Source of the DNA: an uncultured Thermoprotei archaeon
GTDB lineage: Archaea; Thermoproteota; Thermoprotei; Thermofilales; B15-G2
DNA length: 64,000 nucleotides
Reading direction: 5' to 3'
NCBI GenBank assembly: GCA_965367815.1
Contig: CBDUKN010000005.1
Span: 32,001-96,000, forward strand
Part shown: positions 27,736 through 37,480 of the stretch, in pieces
Position numbering within the stretch: the first letter of the stretch is position 1
Layout of the letters: each line of letters starts with the position of its first letter
The notes under the pieces: generated by a model
Databases searched by the model: none
Told to the model about the DNA's origin: nothing
The model's input: the letters and a program-made list of their open reading frames with translations, nothing else
Program-made: the position numbers and the translations under genes

Positions 27736-28311
27736 TCACACAGATATTGACTCAAATCCTTTTTCAAATGCTAGTAAATTTAAGTCTATGTATTTTTTCT
27801 TAATATTTCGGCGTAAAGACTCTATGAGATCTTCTTTGCTTAAAGGAAATACCTTTAGCCTAGCGACGGCGCCTAGTATAACTGTATTTGCTATGAGTCT
27901 TGATCCTAGAGAATCAGCTATCTGGTTAGCTGGTACTACATAAATGTTCTTAGAGACTTTGTCTAAATACTTTAGAATGTAGTCTTTCGAAGGAACTTTT
28001 ACTCCTGGAATATTGGGTGGATATATCCAGTCGTTAACTACTATAGTTCCGTTCTTCTTAAGGAAGTAGAGGGATCTTAAGCACTCAAGCATTTCTAGCG
28101 AAATTACTGCGTCGGCCATGCCGTAGGAGGGCCTAGGGCAGTCGATATTACCGTATCTCACGTAAGTAACGACACTGCCTCCTCTCTGAGCCATACCATG
28201 TACTTCGGCAACTCTTACTCGAAGGCCTTTCTTTACTAAAGCGTCCCCTATGATTTTGGCTAAAGTGAGAATACCTTGACCACCTACACCTGCAATAATA
28301 ATAGTGCTCAT
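27736..28311 (-). CDS. iorB: Indolepyruvate:ferredoxin oxidoreductase beta subunit
   Basis: AGVGGQG, EVHGMAQRGGSV and NTVILGA. Confidence 0.93.
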   Translation of the reverse strand: MSTIIIAGVGGQGILTLAKIIGDALVKKGLRVRVAEVHGMAQRGGSVVTYVRYGNIDCPRPSYGMADAVISLEMLECLRSLYFLKKNGTIVVNDWIYPPNIPGVKVPSKDYILKYLDKVSKNIYVVPANQIADSLGSRLIANTVILGAVARLKVFPLSKEDLIESLRRNIKKKYIDLNLLAFEKGFESISV

Positions 28312-30161
28312 TTTCTCACCTTAATTGTTCCAAAAGGACATATTTGTGTACATACCATACAGCCGAAACACAAACCTTCATCTATCTTAACTTTTCCTTC
28401 CTCGACTATGAGCGCTGGACAAGCGAAAGTATTTATGCAGACCATACATCCGCGGCAGTCTTCTACAGTAGGTGGAGTTCCTCTAAGACCTTTTCTAGCT
28501 GCTACAAGAGCACAAAGCCTTCTCGCAACAACAACTGCAGGCTTTTTCTCGCGCCGAACGTACTCGAGAGCATCTTTGATCGCTTGCTTTGTTTCTCCTA
28601 CATTGTAGGGATCGACTACTTTAACGAACTCTACTCCACAGGCTTTCGCGATGTCTTCGATTTTAATTATTTTAGCGGGCTTGCCTGTAGCAGTAATACC
28701 TGTGCCTGGATGGGGCTGGTGTCCTGTCATAGCGGTTACACTATTGTCCATAACTACTACGAGGAGCGGTGCGCTAGTGTAAACTGCGTTAATTAGTCCA
28801 GGTATTCCTGCGTGATAGAAAGTAGAGTCTCCAATAACAGCTACAACTGGTTTGTCTGTAAATCTAGCTATAGCTGCTCCCTCACCTAAGCTAGCGCCCA
28901 TGCATGTGGAAGTGTCTTGTAGCTGGAAAGGCGGATTATATCCCAGAGTGTAGCATCCAATGTCGCCTGTGCAGGGAATCTTTAAGCCAAGTTCTCTTAA
29001 AGCCTGTTTAAGAGAATAGTAAGTAGCTCTGTGAGGGCATCCTGGACAAAGCGTAGGTGGGCGTACTGGAATAGCTTTCTCTAATTCTTCTTTAAGTTTA
29101 ATAGATTCGATTGGCTCAGGTACTGTTTTCTCACATATTTTAGCTACAGCTCTCATTACTGTCAGTAAATCTAATTCTCCTGCAAGAGGCAGTAAGTCAC
29201 CTTTTCCGTAAATAGGTATTCTGAGGTCGAAGTCGTAGAGTTTCTCTTTAACTCTTCGCAGAAGGAACAAGTCGCCTTCCTCTACCACTAGAATTTTCTC
29301 TAACCCATCAGTAAATTTCTCTAGAAGCTTGGTTGGAAGCGGATGAGGAGTAGAGAGTTTAAGTACTTTCACTTTTCCGCAAAGATCGAGTTCTCTTAAC
29401 GCGTCAATTGCATAAGCGTATCCTATGCCGGATGTTATAATACCTACTTTACCTTCTCCCTCTATCTTGTTGAACTTAAATTCAGTTAACTTTTCTTCTA
29501 TCCTGTTCAATCTTTCTATTATCTTTACTCTAAGTTTTCTAGAATTAGCTGGCAGTAAGACCCATTTCGACGGATTGTACTCGAACACTGCTTTTCTTTC
29601 AATTTTCTTTATTTCACCTAAAACAACTTCTCCTCTAGTATGGCAGATTCTAGTTGTTACTCTAAAGAGGATAGCTGTACCGTTTTCTTCGGAGAAATCG
29701 TAGGCAGCTACTATAAGGTCTTTAGCTTCCTGCGGGCAGTAGGGCTCAAAGCACGGTATATATGAAGCTAAGCTGTAGTATCTGTTGTCTTGCTCATTTT
29801 GGCTACTATGGCAGCCAGGGTCGTCTGCAGATACTATTACGAGACCGCCTCTTACTCCGCTGTAGCCTATCGACATAAAGACATCGGCTGCTACGTTAAG
29901 TCCTACGTGCTTCATTGTAGCAAGAGCTCTCAGTCTGCACATTGATGCAGCGTAAGCTGTCTCTAGCGCTACTTTTTCGTTAGTACTCCAGTCTACGGTC
30001 ATGCCGACTTTATCTGCTACTCCAGCTAGAGTATCGATAATTTCGGTGGAAGGTGTGCCAGGGTACCCTGCTGCTACGTGTACACCTGCTTCAATAGCGC
30101 CCCTTGCGATAGCTTCATTGCCTAGTAGAAGAAGTTTTTCTCCGGGAGCACCAAGTATCAA
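28308..30161 (-). CDS. iorA: Indolepyruvate:ferredoxin oxidoreductase alpha subunit
   Basis: GNEAIARG, YPGTPSTE, MKHVGLNVAAD, HSSQNEQD, LCPGCPHR, GDIGCY, GDSTF and a C-terminal ferredoxin. Confidence 0.96.
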   Translation of the reverse strand: MILGAPGEKLLLLGNEAIARGAIEAGVHVAAGYPGTPSTEIIDTLAGVADKVGMTVDWSTNEKVALETAYAASMCRLRALATMKHVGLNVAADVFMSIGYSGVRGGLVIVSADDPGCHSSQNEQDNRYYSLASYIPCFEPYCPQEAKDLIVAAYDFSEENGTAILFRVTTRICHTRGEVVLGEIKKIERKAVFEYNPSKWVLLPANSRKLRVKIIERLNRIEEKLTEFKFNKIEGEGKVGIITSGIGYAYAIDALRELDLCGKVKVLKLSTPHPLPTKLLEKFTDGLEKILVVEEGDLFLLRRVKEKLYDFDLRIPIYGKGDLLPLAGELDLLTVMRAVAKICEKTVPEPIESIKLKEELEKAIPVRPPTLCPGCPHRATYYSLKQALRELGLKIPCTGDIGCYTLGYNPPFQLQDTSTCMGASLGEGAAIARFTDKPVVAVIGDSTFYHAGIPGLINAVYTSAPLLVVVMDNSVTAMTGHQPHPGTGITATGKPAKIIKIEDIAKACGVEFVKVVDPYNVGETKQAIKDALEYVRREKKPAVVVARRLCALVAARKGLRGTPPTVEDCRGCMVCINTFACPALIVEEGKVKIDEGLCFGCMVCTQICPFGTIKVRK

Positions 30162-30292
30162 ATCGACACCATTTACATAGCTACAGCAGAGCTAATTTAA
30201 CTTATTACTAGAAATATGACTTCAAGAAATAGCCTCGTTTGACAGACTTCATTAAGTAAATTTACTAATGTAACTAGTATTATTGGTCGAGG

Positions 30293-30341
30293 TCAGAGCA
30301 CCGACTTACCATCATCTCTCGGCTTTTTCGCCGCTCATCAT
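30293..30341 (-). ncRNA. Box C/D double-guide sRNA
   Basis: Minus strand reads ATGATGA-GCGGCGAAAAAG-CCGA-GAG-ATGATGG-TAAGTCGGTGCT-CTGA, with two 12-nt guides; intergenic. Confidence 0.88.
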
Positions 30342-30404
30342 TCCGCTATTTAGTGTATTATGGGGAAGACTATATTTAAATAATGCTTTGTTTCACTTTA
30401 CTAG

Positions 30405-30833
30405 GTGAGTTCGCAGAAAGTATCTGTTTCAATAAGGCTTACATATATTCATGGAGAAAAGTTAGTTGAAGAAACACCTAAAGAGCTTCAAGTTCATCTT
30501 CAGGTAACTTTACCTAGCGGGGAAGTCATTTTAAAGAAGCAAGGGCTTGAGGTTCCTTACGTAGTGTCTCTTGCGACGAATCCTCCTGTAGCCAATATCA
30601 CGGTGAAGGGTGTAGTAGTTATATCAGGAGATTCTTCGGAGCTTAAAAAGATAGAAAAGGATATCAAAAACAGGAGAGTGCCGCCGTTTATTATTAACTC
30701 TCTTATGCAGTTTGCTTTCTTTGAAGTAATGTTACTATCGAGAGAGCTGGGATTACCTCCTCCTGTGCCAATACCAGCTATTGCTCCACAGCAGCCTCAG
30801 TCTAAGTCAGGTAAGCCGCCCTATATAACTTAG
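30405..30833 (+). CDS. Conserved archaeal protein, possible SecB-like fold
   Basis: Four beta-strands followed by helices and LSRELGLPPPVPIP. Confidence 0.55.
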   Translation: MSSQKVSVSIRLTYIHGEKLVEETPKELQVHLQVTLPSGEVILKKQGLEVPYVVSLATNPPVANITVKGVVVISGDSSELKKIEKDIKNRRVPPFIINSLMQFAFFEVMLLSRELGLPPPVPIPAIAPQQPQSKSGKPPYIT

Positions 30834-30916
30834 GCAAACTCTTTTTTGAAACCTTTCTTTAAAGTGTTCTCGATAAAATTTTTAAGTAAAGGGCTCTCAG
30901 TTCTATAGGTGTCTTA

Positions 30917-31930
30917 ATGACATTAGCGCTGGGCAAGGTCCCATACAACATACTCGAAGAAAAGGTCTTTACTAAGCTAGGTGCTAAGGACGAGGCAGTT
31001 CTCTACGGACCTGGAATAGGACTAGACTCAGCTGTAATAGATATAGGTCCCAGAGTTTTAGTGGTACACAGTGATCCTATAACTGAAGCTAGAAAGAGAA
31101 TAGGATGGCTTTCTGTACACATATCTGCCAACGATGTTGCTGTGTGTGGAGCTAAGCCAAGATGGCTACTACCCGTTATCCTGTTACCTGAAGGTGCTGG
31201 TGAAGAAGTACTAGATGAGATTACAAGCGATATAGATCAAGCAGCCAAAGAAATAGAGGCAAGTATTGTTGGAGGACACACTGAAGTTACTCCAAGACTG
31301 GATAGGCCTATTGTCATCACGACGGCTGCTGGAGTAGTTTCTAAGAAACGTTTTGTGACAGCAGCTGGAGCAAAGCCTGGAGACCTTGTATTAGCAACTA
31401 AAAGTGTTGCGCTAGAAGGAACTGCTATTATAGCAGAAGACTTTGAGGAAGATTTGCGGGGAAAAGCTGTGCCTATAAGAATTATTGAGCGAGCAAAAAC
31501 ATTCATAGATGAAGTGAGCGTAGTAAAGGAAGCTTTAGCCGCTATTTCGACAGGTGGAGTCACTGCGGCTCATGACCCTACTGAAGGAGGCTTTCTCGGA
31601 GGACTAGTAGAGCTAGCGAAAGCATCTAATGTAATGATTGAAGCATATGAAGATAAAATACCTGTAAGAAGCGAAACTAGAGTTATATGCGACGCACTCA
31701 ATATAGACCCACTTAAGTTAATAAGCTCAGGAAGCCTAATATTAACAGTTAAAGAAGAAATGTTTGAGTCGGTCATAAGCGCTATTAGGAGGGAAGGTGT
31801 TGAAGTGCGTATGATAGGCAAGGTAAGTGAAGGATCTGGCGTTAAAGTACATCGTAAAGATGGAAAAGTAGAAGTATATGAAGAAATGATTGTAGATGAG
31901 TTGACAAAACTATGGGAGAAAAAAGTATGA
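30917..31930 (+). CDS. AIR synthase-related (PurM/HypE-like) protein
   Basis: GPGIGLDSA, SDPIT, NDVAVCGAKP, GGHTE, HDPTEGG and DPLKLISSG. Confidence 0.88.
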   Translation: MTLALGKVPYNILEEKVFTKLGAKDEAVLYGPGIGLDSAVIDIGPRVLVVHSDPITEARKRIGWLSVHISANDVAVCGAKPRWLLPVILLPEGAGEEVLDEITSDIDQAAKEIEASIVGGHTEVTPRLDRPIVITTAAGVVSKKRFVTAAGAKPGDLVLATKSVALEGTAIIAEDFEEDLRGKAVPIRIIERAKTFIDEVSVVKEALAAISTGGVTAAHDPTEGGFLGGLVELAKASNVMIEAYEDKIPVRSETRVICDALNIDPLKLISSGSLILTVKEEMFESVISAIRREGVEVRMIGKVSEGSGVKVHRKDGKVEVYEEMIVDELTKLWEKKV

Positions 31931-32259
31931 CAATACCTACTGATGAAAACAAAAACAAAAGGGATATAGATAAACTGCAATTAATCAAGTGTATTTATAA
32001 TTTAAATGACTTAGATATAAAAGTATATAAAGCTTTAACAGAGCTTAGGGGAGCTACAGTAAAGGAGCTAGCAGAGAAACTAAACTACAGCAGGTCTTCT
32101 ATACAGAAATCGCTATACAAGTTAATATCACATAAACTAGTCGAGAGAAAGAAAATTCTAGGTAAGAGAAACTACAAGTATCTGTATTATCCCTTGCCCT
32201 TTACGATTTCTCCTGAAATAAAAAAGGCTGCTAAAGAGATCTTGGGAATAGAGCTTTAA
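31927..32259 (+). CDS. TrmB-like winged-helix regulator
   Basis: CIYNLNDLDIKVY...TVKELAEKLNYSRSSIQKSL...YKYLY; ATG at 31927 overlaps the upstream stop (ATGA). Confidence 0.75.
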   Translation: MTIPTDENKNKRDIDKLQLIKCIYNLNDLDIKVYKALTELRGATVKELAEKLNYSRSSIQKSLYKLISHKLVERKKILGKRNYKYLYYPLPFTISPEIKKAAKEILGIEL

Positions 32260-32290
32260 CTATTATATTTGGTTCGTAGTTTACGATTTT

Positions 32291-33598
32291 GTGTGGAAAA
32301 TAGGAGTTAGTGAAGCCGATATTACTCCGCCTAAAGGCGTTGAATTGTGGGGCTATACAGGCAGAATTACTTTTGAAGCAGAAGGTATACATGATCCCTT
32401 AAAGGTGAAGGCAGCAGTCTTTTCAAATGGAGAAACTACTGCCATTGTTATTTCAGCAGATTTAGGGGCCATTCCTAGAAAAGTAGTAGAGAATGTAAAA
32501 AGAAGAATTTTTGAGAAATACGGAGTTCCTGCAGAAAACATTATCATAGCTGCGACACATACACACTCTGGGCCTGCCGTCGTTCCTCTGAGAAGGGCTG
32601 GCGAGAAAGTCGATGAAAAATATGTGTATTTAGTTGAAAGAAAAATTATTACTGTTATTGAAGAAGCGTTAAGTAATCTCTCTGAAGGTGAAGTGTTTTT
32701 CGCTAAAGGTTTTGCTGAAAAGCTGGCTTTCGATAGAAGAAGAAAGGGAAGCCCAGTAGACTCGGAGGTACCTCTTATAGCTCTCTTTAAGAAGAATGCT
32801 CTTCAAGGACTTATAGTAAACTATGCTTGCCATCCTGTTTGTCTTGGAGAAGAAAACTTGCTCGTCAGCGCGGATTATCCTTGCTATCTCTACGATACTT
32901 TAAGCAGAGTTTACGGAAAACAGCTTACTACAGTCTTCTTGACAGGTGCTTGCGGAAACATAGATCCTGTATGGAGAGGACGAGGCTACAAGTACGCTGA
33001 GAGAATGGGGAGAGCCTTAGCAGGAGAAGTCATAAGAGCTCTTGAAACTTCAAGAGAAGCTCTACTTGAAGAAATTAAATGCGTTAAGACTGTAGTTAAG
33101 CTCGAGACTGAGGAACTACCTAGCTTAAATGAATTACTTAGTGAAAAAGCTAGACTTGAAGAAGAATTAAGAAAATTGAGAAAAGAAATTCCGGTAATAG
33201 CCGATGTTCGTGAAGCAGTCGAAATACATTCCAGAGAAGCCTTTTTATCATGGACCATGGAGGCAATCGAGCTAGTTAAGCGCGGAGAAGTTAAGTCAGA
33301 ATATGAGCTAGAAATACAGGTTCTTGAAATAGGCGACGTATTTATTGTAGGGCTGTCTGGAGAAATTTTCTCTGAGCTAGGGCTTGCTGTAAAGGAGCTC
33401 TGCAGAAAAAGAGCACTTGTAGTGGGATATGCTAACGGCGACATAGGATATATTCCAACAGACAAGGCTATAGATGAAGGAGGCTATGAGATAGAAAATG
33501 CTTTTAAGTACTATAAAGAATACCCGTATCCTCCCAAGAAAGGATGGGAGAAAATAATATTGAATGCAGTTAAGCGTCTACTTGCGGATCTTAAGTAG
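32291..33598 (+). CDS. Neutral/alkaline ceramidase-like amidohydrolase
   Basis: DITPP, IHDPL, ATHTHSGP, NYACHP, SADYP, GACGN and GYIPT...GGYE. Confidence 0.85.
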   Translation: MWKIGVSEADITPPKGVELWGYTGRITFEAEGIHDPLKVKAAVFSNGETTAIVISADLGAIPRKVVENVKRRIFEKYGVPAENIIIAATHTHSGPAVVPLRRAGEKVDEKYVYLVERKIITVIEEALSNLSEGEVFFAKGFAEKLAFDRRRKGSPVDSEVPLIALFKKNALQGLIVNYACHPVCLGEENLLVSADYPCYLYDTLSRVYGKQLTTVFLTGACGNIDPVWRGRGYKYAERMGRALAGEVIRALETSREALLEEIKCVKTVVKLETEELPSLNELLSEKARLEEELRKLRKEIPVIADVREAVEIHSREAFLSWTMEAIELVKRGEVKSEYELEIQVLEIGDVFIVGLSGEIFSELGLAVKELCRKRALVVGYANGDIGYIPTDKAIDEGGYEIENAFKYYKEYPYPPKKGWEKIILNAVKRLLADLK

Positions 33599-34339
33599 CT
33601 GTTCTGCGTACTCTCTACAAGTAATAATAGCGGCTTTTTCCATTTTCTTTGCTAGTTTCAATAGTTGTTCAAGTACTCTTGAGCGACTTCTTCTCCCTAT
33701 GACTTGGGGATGCATAGTTAATACAAATGATACATTTTCTTCTAAGCTCCACTCTAAGTCGTATATCCATGTTCTTAATACAAGGTCAGGTGGATATTGA
33801 TGATCCTCGAAAAGAACCCAGTCGTCTAGCTGATAGGATATAGGTATTTCTACGAGAGGTTTCCCCTCGATATCGACAATGTAGGCTTCATCAGAGTCCA
33901 TCAGGCTGCTATCGTAGACTATTTTCTTTTCTACAAGTAGCTTAAGGAGCCATTTGTGTATTCTCCAGTAAGGGGCTCTAAATCCTTCTATAGGGTTCTG
34001 AATTTTACTTAAAATAGCTATACTTTTTTCGAGTACTTTATTTGCGTCGCTAGGCATAAGTTGAGAAAAGTCTTCGTGAAGATATCCATGCAAAGCGATC
34101 TCGTGACCACTATTAGCTATTTCTTTTACTTCATCGAAGTGCTTTTCGGCAACATAAGCTGCTACAAAGAATGTTGACTTAATGCCGTATTTGCTCAGTA
34201 TGTTTAAGACCCGCTTAAGTCCAGTTTTTACTCCATATAGTCCTCTTGTTATTTGAACATAGTCTTCTCTTTTTCTAGTGAAAGATGACTCGCCGTCTAA
34301 GTCAAATGTAAAGAGAACGGGTATTTTCATAGCCATCAC
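33578..34339 (-). CDS. Polysaccharide deacetylase (CE4/PgdA-like)
   Basis: TFDLD, HEIALHGYLHE, GFRAPYW, YDSS and TMHP...GR. Confidence 0.9.
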   Translation of the reverse strand: MMAMKIPVLFTFDLDGESSFTRKREDYVQITRGLYGVKTGLKRVLNILSKYGIKSTFFVAAYVAEKHFDEVKEIANSGHEIALHGYLHEDFSQLMPSDANKVLEKSIAILSKIQNPIEGFRAPYWRIHKWLLKLLVEKKIVYDSSLMDSDEAYIVDIEGKPLVEIPISYQLDDWVLFEDHQYPPDLVLRTWIYDLEWSLEENVSFVLTMHPQVIGRRSRSRVLEQLLKLAKKMEKAAIITCREYAEQLLKIRK

Positions 34340-34617
34340 TTTTTAGTGAGGTCTTTTTCTCCTTGAAGAACTCTCTCTGTTTCTTCAGGCGTGAGTGTTA
34401 CTCTAGCACCTATTTTGTAGTGCCAGTCGTAGCAACACCACCTAACTACGCGTACTTCAGCTCCTTTAAGGTCTTCCGGCAGTTTTTCGTCAGGTGTACG
34501 CTTGCTGAATCCAATTAGCTTCACTGTAAAGTGGCATTTTTCCCACTTTTCGCTATCATAGTCTTTATACTCGCTTGTTCTCTCGATTTTCGTAACTATT
34601 CCTTGAAGCTTTCTCAC
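34336..34617 (-). CDS. Small hypothetical protein (possible OB-like fold)
   Basis: 93-aa ORF overlapping the deacetylase start; VVRWCCYDWHYK. Confidence 0.6.
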   Translation of the reverse strand: MRKLQGIVTKIERTSEYKDYDSEKWEKCHFTVKLIGFSKRTPDEKLPEDLKGAEVRVVRWCCYDWHYKIGARVTLTPEETERVLQGEKDLTKK

Positions 34618-34714
34618 ATAGTCTAAAAGACTTGAATATAAATAATACTACCTTTTTCAAGCCGATTTCGCGTAATTATTTTATTTCGTTGGGAGCAGTT
34701 ATAGACGCGGTAAA

Positions 34715-35701
34715 ATGAATAGACGAGAGCTAGTAGAGAGAGCTGTTGTTGGCGAGAACCTTGAAGCTGTTCCCGTGGCTCCATTAATAGGGGGGCACTC
34801 AGCTGTACTTTACGGTGCTTCTGTAGAAGAAGCCTACAGAAACTCTGAATTGATGGCGCGCCTTCAAATTAAGGCAGCTAAATTCTATGATGTAGACATG
34901 GTTTTTCACTACATGGACACTACAGTTGAAGCTGAGGCATTAGGAGCAAAAGCAAGTATTAAAAATGGTCTTCCAGCAATAGTTGAGCACTTACATGAAT
35001 TACCTGAGCCTATTTTCAGCGAAAAGGGTAGAATTAAGGTGTTCGTAGACGCACTAGCTAAAATATCTAGAGAGTTATCGTCGACAAAAATCATAGGAGC
35101 CTATGTTCTAGGACCCTTTACTTTACTATGTCAGCTATTAGGATTAACCAGAGTATTTAGAGAAGTCATGAGAGGCGAGGCGACTTTTACGGAAGAATAT
35201 TTAGTAAAGTTATCTGAGTACTCTAGAGGCTATGTAGACTTACTAGCAAGTGAAGGTAGAGTAGACTTAGTTATGGTGCTCGAGCCTTGCTTATCGCTGG
35301 TAAGGCCTGAAGTCTTTGAGAAATACTCGCGGAAAGCGCTAGAGACCCTGCTACACTACATCAAGAAAAAAGGTCTCTACTCAGCCCTGCATGTATGTGG
35401 AAGGTCTAACAAGATAATACCTCATCTCAAGTCACTTCCATTTGATATCATACAGTTGGACTACTATGTGAACATAAAGGAGGCAAAGAATATTTTAGTA
35501 GATAAATGCGTGCTAGGAAACCTCAATACAAAGCTCTTCGTAGACTCTACGCCGGATGAAGTATTTAATGAAGCTAAAAAGTGCATTGAAGACGGAGAGA
35601 GAAAGCTACATATACTAAGTGCTGGATGTGAAATTCCCTTACGTTCGCGACCAGAAAACATTAAAGCTTTAGTTAAAGCAGCGAGGGAGGAGTATGCCTA
35701 A
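34715..35701 (+). CDS. MtaA/CmuA-type methylcobamide methyltransferase (URO-D superfamily)
   Basis: DTTVEAEALGA, GPFT, Zn ligands LHVCG and AGCEIP, GNL and PENIKA. Confidence 0.82.
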   Translation: MNRRELVERAVVGENLEAVPVAPLIGGHSAVLYGASVEEAYRNSELMARLQIKAAKFYDVDMVFHYMDTTVEAEALGAKASIKNGLPAIVEHLHELPEPIFSEKGRIKVFVDALAKISRELSSTKIIGAYVLGPFTLLCQLLGLTRVFREVMRGEATFTEEYLVKLSEYSRGYVDLLASEGRVDLVMVLEPCLSLVRPEVFEKYSRKALETLLHYIKKKGLYSALHVCGRSNKIIPHLKSLPFDIIQLDYYVNIKEAKNILVDKCVLGNLNTKLFVDSTPDEVFNEAKKCIEDGERKLHILSAGCEIPLRSRPENIKALVKAAREEYA

Positions 35702-37451
35702 AATATATGTAAAAAATATAGATAAAGTCATAGTCTGCAATGAAAATGAAGTTCTTTTAAATGTTTTAAGAAAACATAGAATACAAGTGCAGGCAGTTTG
35801 CGGAGGACTAGGCTTATGCGGACTCTGCAGAGTACTGGTTGCTAAAGGAAATGTTTCTGAGCCTACTGATGCGGAGAAAAAGGTTTTAGGAGGACTTGTT
35901 CAAGAAGGCTGGAGACTGGCTTGTCAAGTGAGAGTTCTAGGAGATATCGAGGTAATAATTCCTAAAGTGCGTAAATATATTTTAGAAAACTATAGAATTC
36001 GAGTTAAGTACGATAGGTGTCCTTTAGCTGAAGTTGTTGAAGTAAAATATATGAAAAGCGATTTATCTTGTTTAGATTACTTACTTAAGGAGCTTGGAGA
36101 GAGAAATATTTCTGCTGAGAAAGTATCGCTTTGCGCTCTATCTAAGTTACCGGAAATATTCTATAAAGAGAAGAAAGCTGCAGTGCTTGTTGACAGAGAA
36201 TCGCATGAAGTACTGGACTTAATCAATGAGAGTGAAGTATATGGTATTGCAGTAGACTTAGGAACTACTACTGTTGTAGCTGGTCTCGTAGATTTGAGTA
36301 ACTGTAAGCTTCTGAAAACAGCTTCGACGTATAATAAGCAGCTGAGTTTCGGAAATAACATTATCTCAAGAATTTCTTATGCAATTAAAGGCGAGAAAGA
36401 ACTGAGAGAAGTTAGTAAAGCGGCTCTCGATACTATAGAAGAATTGATAGACGAGCTTGCTGGAAACAAAAGAGATAGAATATTCGAAGTAGTTGTTGCA
36501 GGAAATACTGCTATGACTTTACTTTTCTTGGGTATCTCTCCACATACTTTGGGATTCAAGCCCTTTACTCCACCTTTCACAGGCATGCTTACTATAAAAG
36601 CCAGAGAACTAGGCTTTAATCTTAATAAAGAGGCGATAGTGAGAACACTCCCTGTAGTGGGAGGGTATATTGGAGGCGATGTCATAGGAGATATTCTAGT
36701 TTCAGGAATGCTAGAAGATAAAACAGCTATTCTAGTAGACATCGGCACTAATGGAGAAATTGTATTGAAGAAAAACAATGAGCTCTACTCTACATCAGTT
36801 CCAGCAGGACCTTCTTTTGAAGGAGTAGGGTTAACTTCAGGAATGCTTGCTACTTATGGAGCTGTGCACAGAGTCTTTTCTACAAAAAGAGGCATACAGT
36901 ACGTAGTAATAGGAGGAGGAAAGCCCAAAGGAATATGTGGATCGGGATACATCGACTTGCTTGCTGAACTCATAAGACACGGAATATTAAATAGAAAAGG
37001 CAGACTTCTCGAAAACTATAGTAGTGTTAGAAGAAAAAGTGGCGTACTTGAATATGTTTTAGACTATGAGGAAAACGTAGTCTTATCGCAGAAAGATATT
37101 AGAAAACTGCAGCTAGCAATAACCGCATTTAAAGTGGGATACAAAATATTATTATCGAAAGCTGGTATATCACCAGACAAAGTAGAGAAAATATATGTTG
37201 CAGGAAGCTTCGGTTTTCACGTAAATCCGGTAAACGCTATAGAAATAGGTCTTCTTCCTAAAGCGGATCCTTCACAAATAGAATTCATAGGCAACGGGTC
37301 TTTAGGAGGAGCAATACTATACTTAACTTCAAGTGAAGCTAGAAAACTTTGCAAAGATGTATTCAGAAAAATAAAGGTAATCGAAGCTCCGATGGAGAAA
37401 GAATTCCAGAAACTGTTTTTAAGTAACTTAACACTAGAGCCTGTTGCTTAA
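35694..37451 (+). CDS. RACo/DUF4445 ASKHA ATP-dependent corrinoid reductive activator with N-terminal 2Fe-2S
   Basis: CGGLGLCGLC...RLACQ, VDLGTTT, AGNTAM, GYIGGD, VDIGTNGE, GPSFEG, GICGSG and SQKDIRKLQLA. Confidence 0.92.
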   Translation: MPKIYVKNIDKVIVCNENEVLLNVLRKHRIQVQAVCGGLGLCGLCRVLVAKGNVSEPTDAEKKVLGGLVQEGWRLACQVRVLGDIEVIIPKVRKYILENYRIRVKYDRCPLAEVVEVKYMKSDLSCLDYLLKELGERNISAEKVSLCALSKLPEIFYKEKKAAVLVDRESHEVLDLINESEVYGIAVDLGTTTVVAGLVDLSNCKLLKTASTYNKQLSFGNNIISRISYAIKGEKELREVSKAALDTIEELIDELAGNKRDRIFEVVVAGNTAMTLLFLGISPHTLGFKPFTPPFTGMLTIKARELGFNLNKEAIVRTLPVVGGYIGGDVIGDILVSGMLEDKTAILVDIGTNGEIVLKKNNELYSTSVPAGPSFEGVGLTSGMLATYGAVHRVFSTKRGIQYVVIGGGKPKGICGSGYIDLLAELIRHGILNRKGRLLENYSSVRRKSGVLEYVLDYEENVVLSQKDIRKLQLAITAFKVGYKILLSKAGISPDKVEKIYVAGSFGFHVNPVNAIEIGLLPKADPSQIEFIGNGSLGGAILYLTSSEARKLCKDVFRKIKVIEAPMEKEFQKLFLSNLTLEPVA

Positions 37452-37480
37452 TAAAACACACTTATATTTAACTGCAGGTA

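Noticed and set aside
34715-35701. Calling this gene hemE, or treating it as evidence of methanogenesis
   Set aside because: It lacks the HemE RQAGR motif and carries MT2 Zn ligands; no mcr or mtr genes are in the window, so methanogenesis is unsupported
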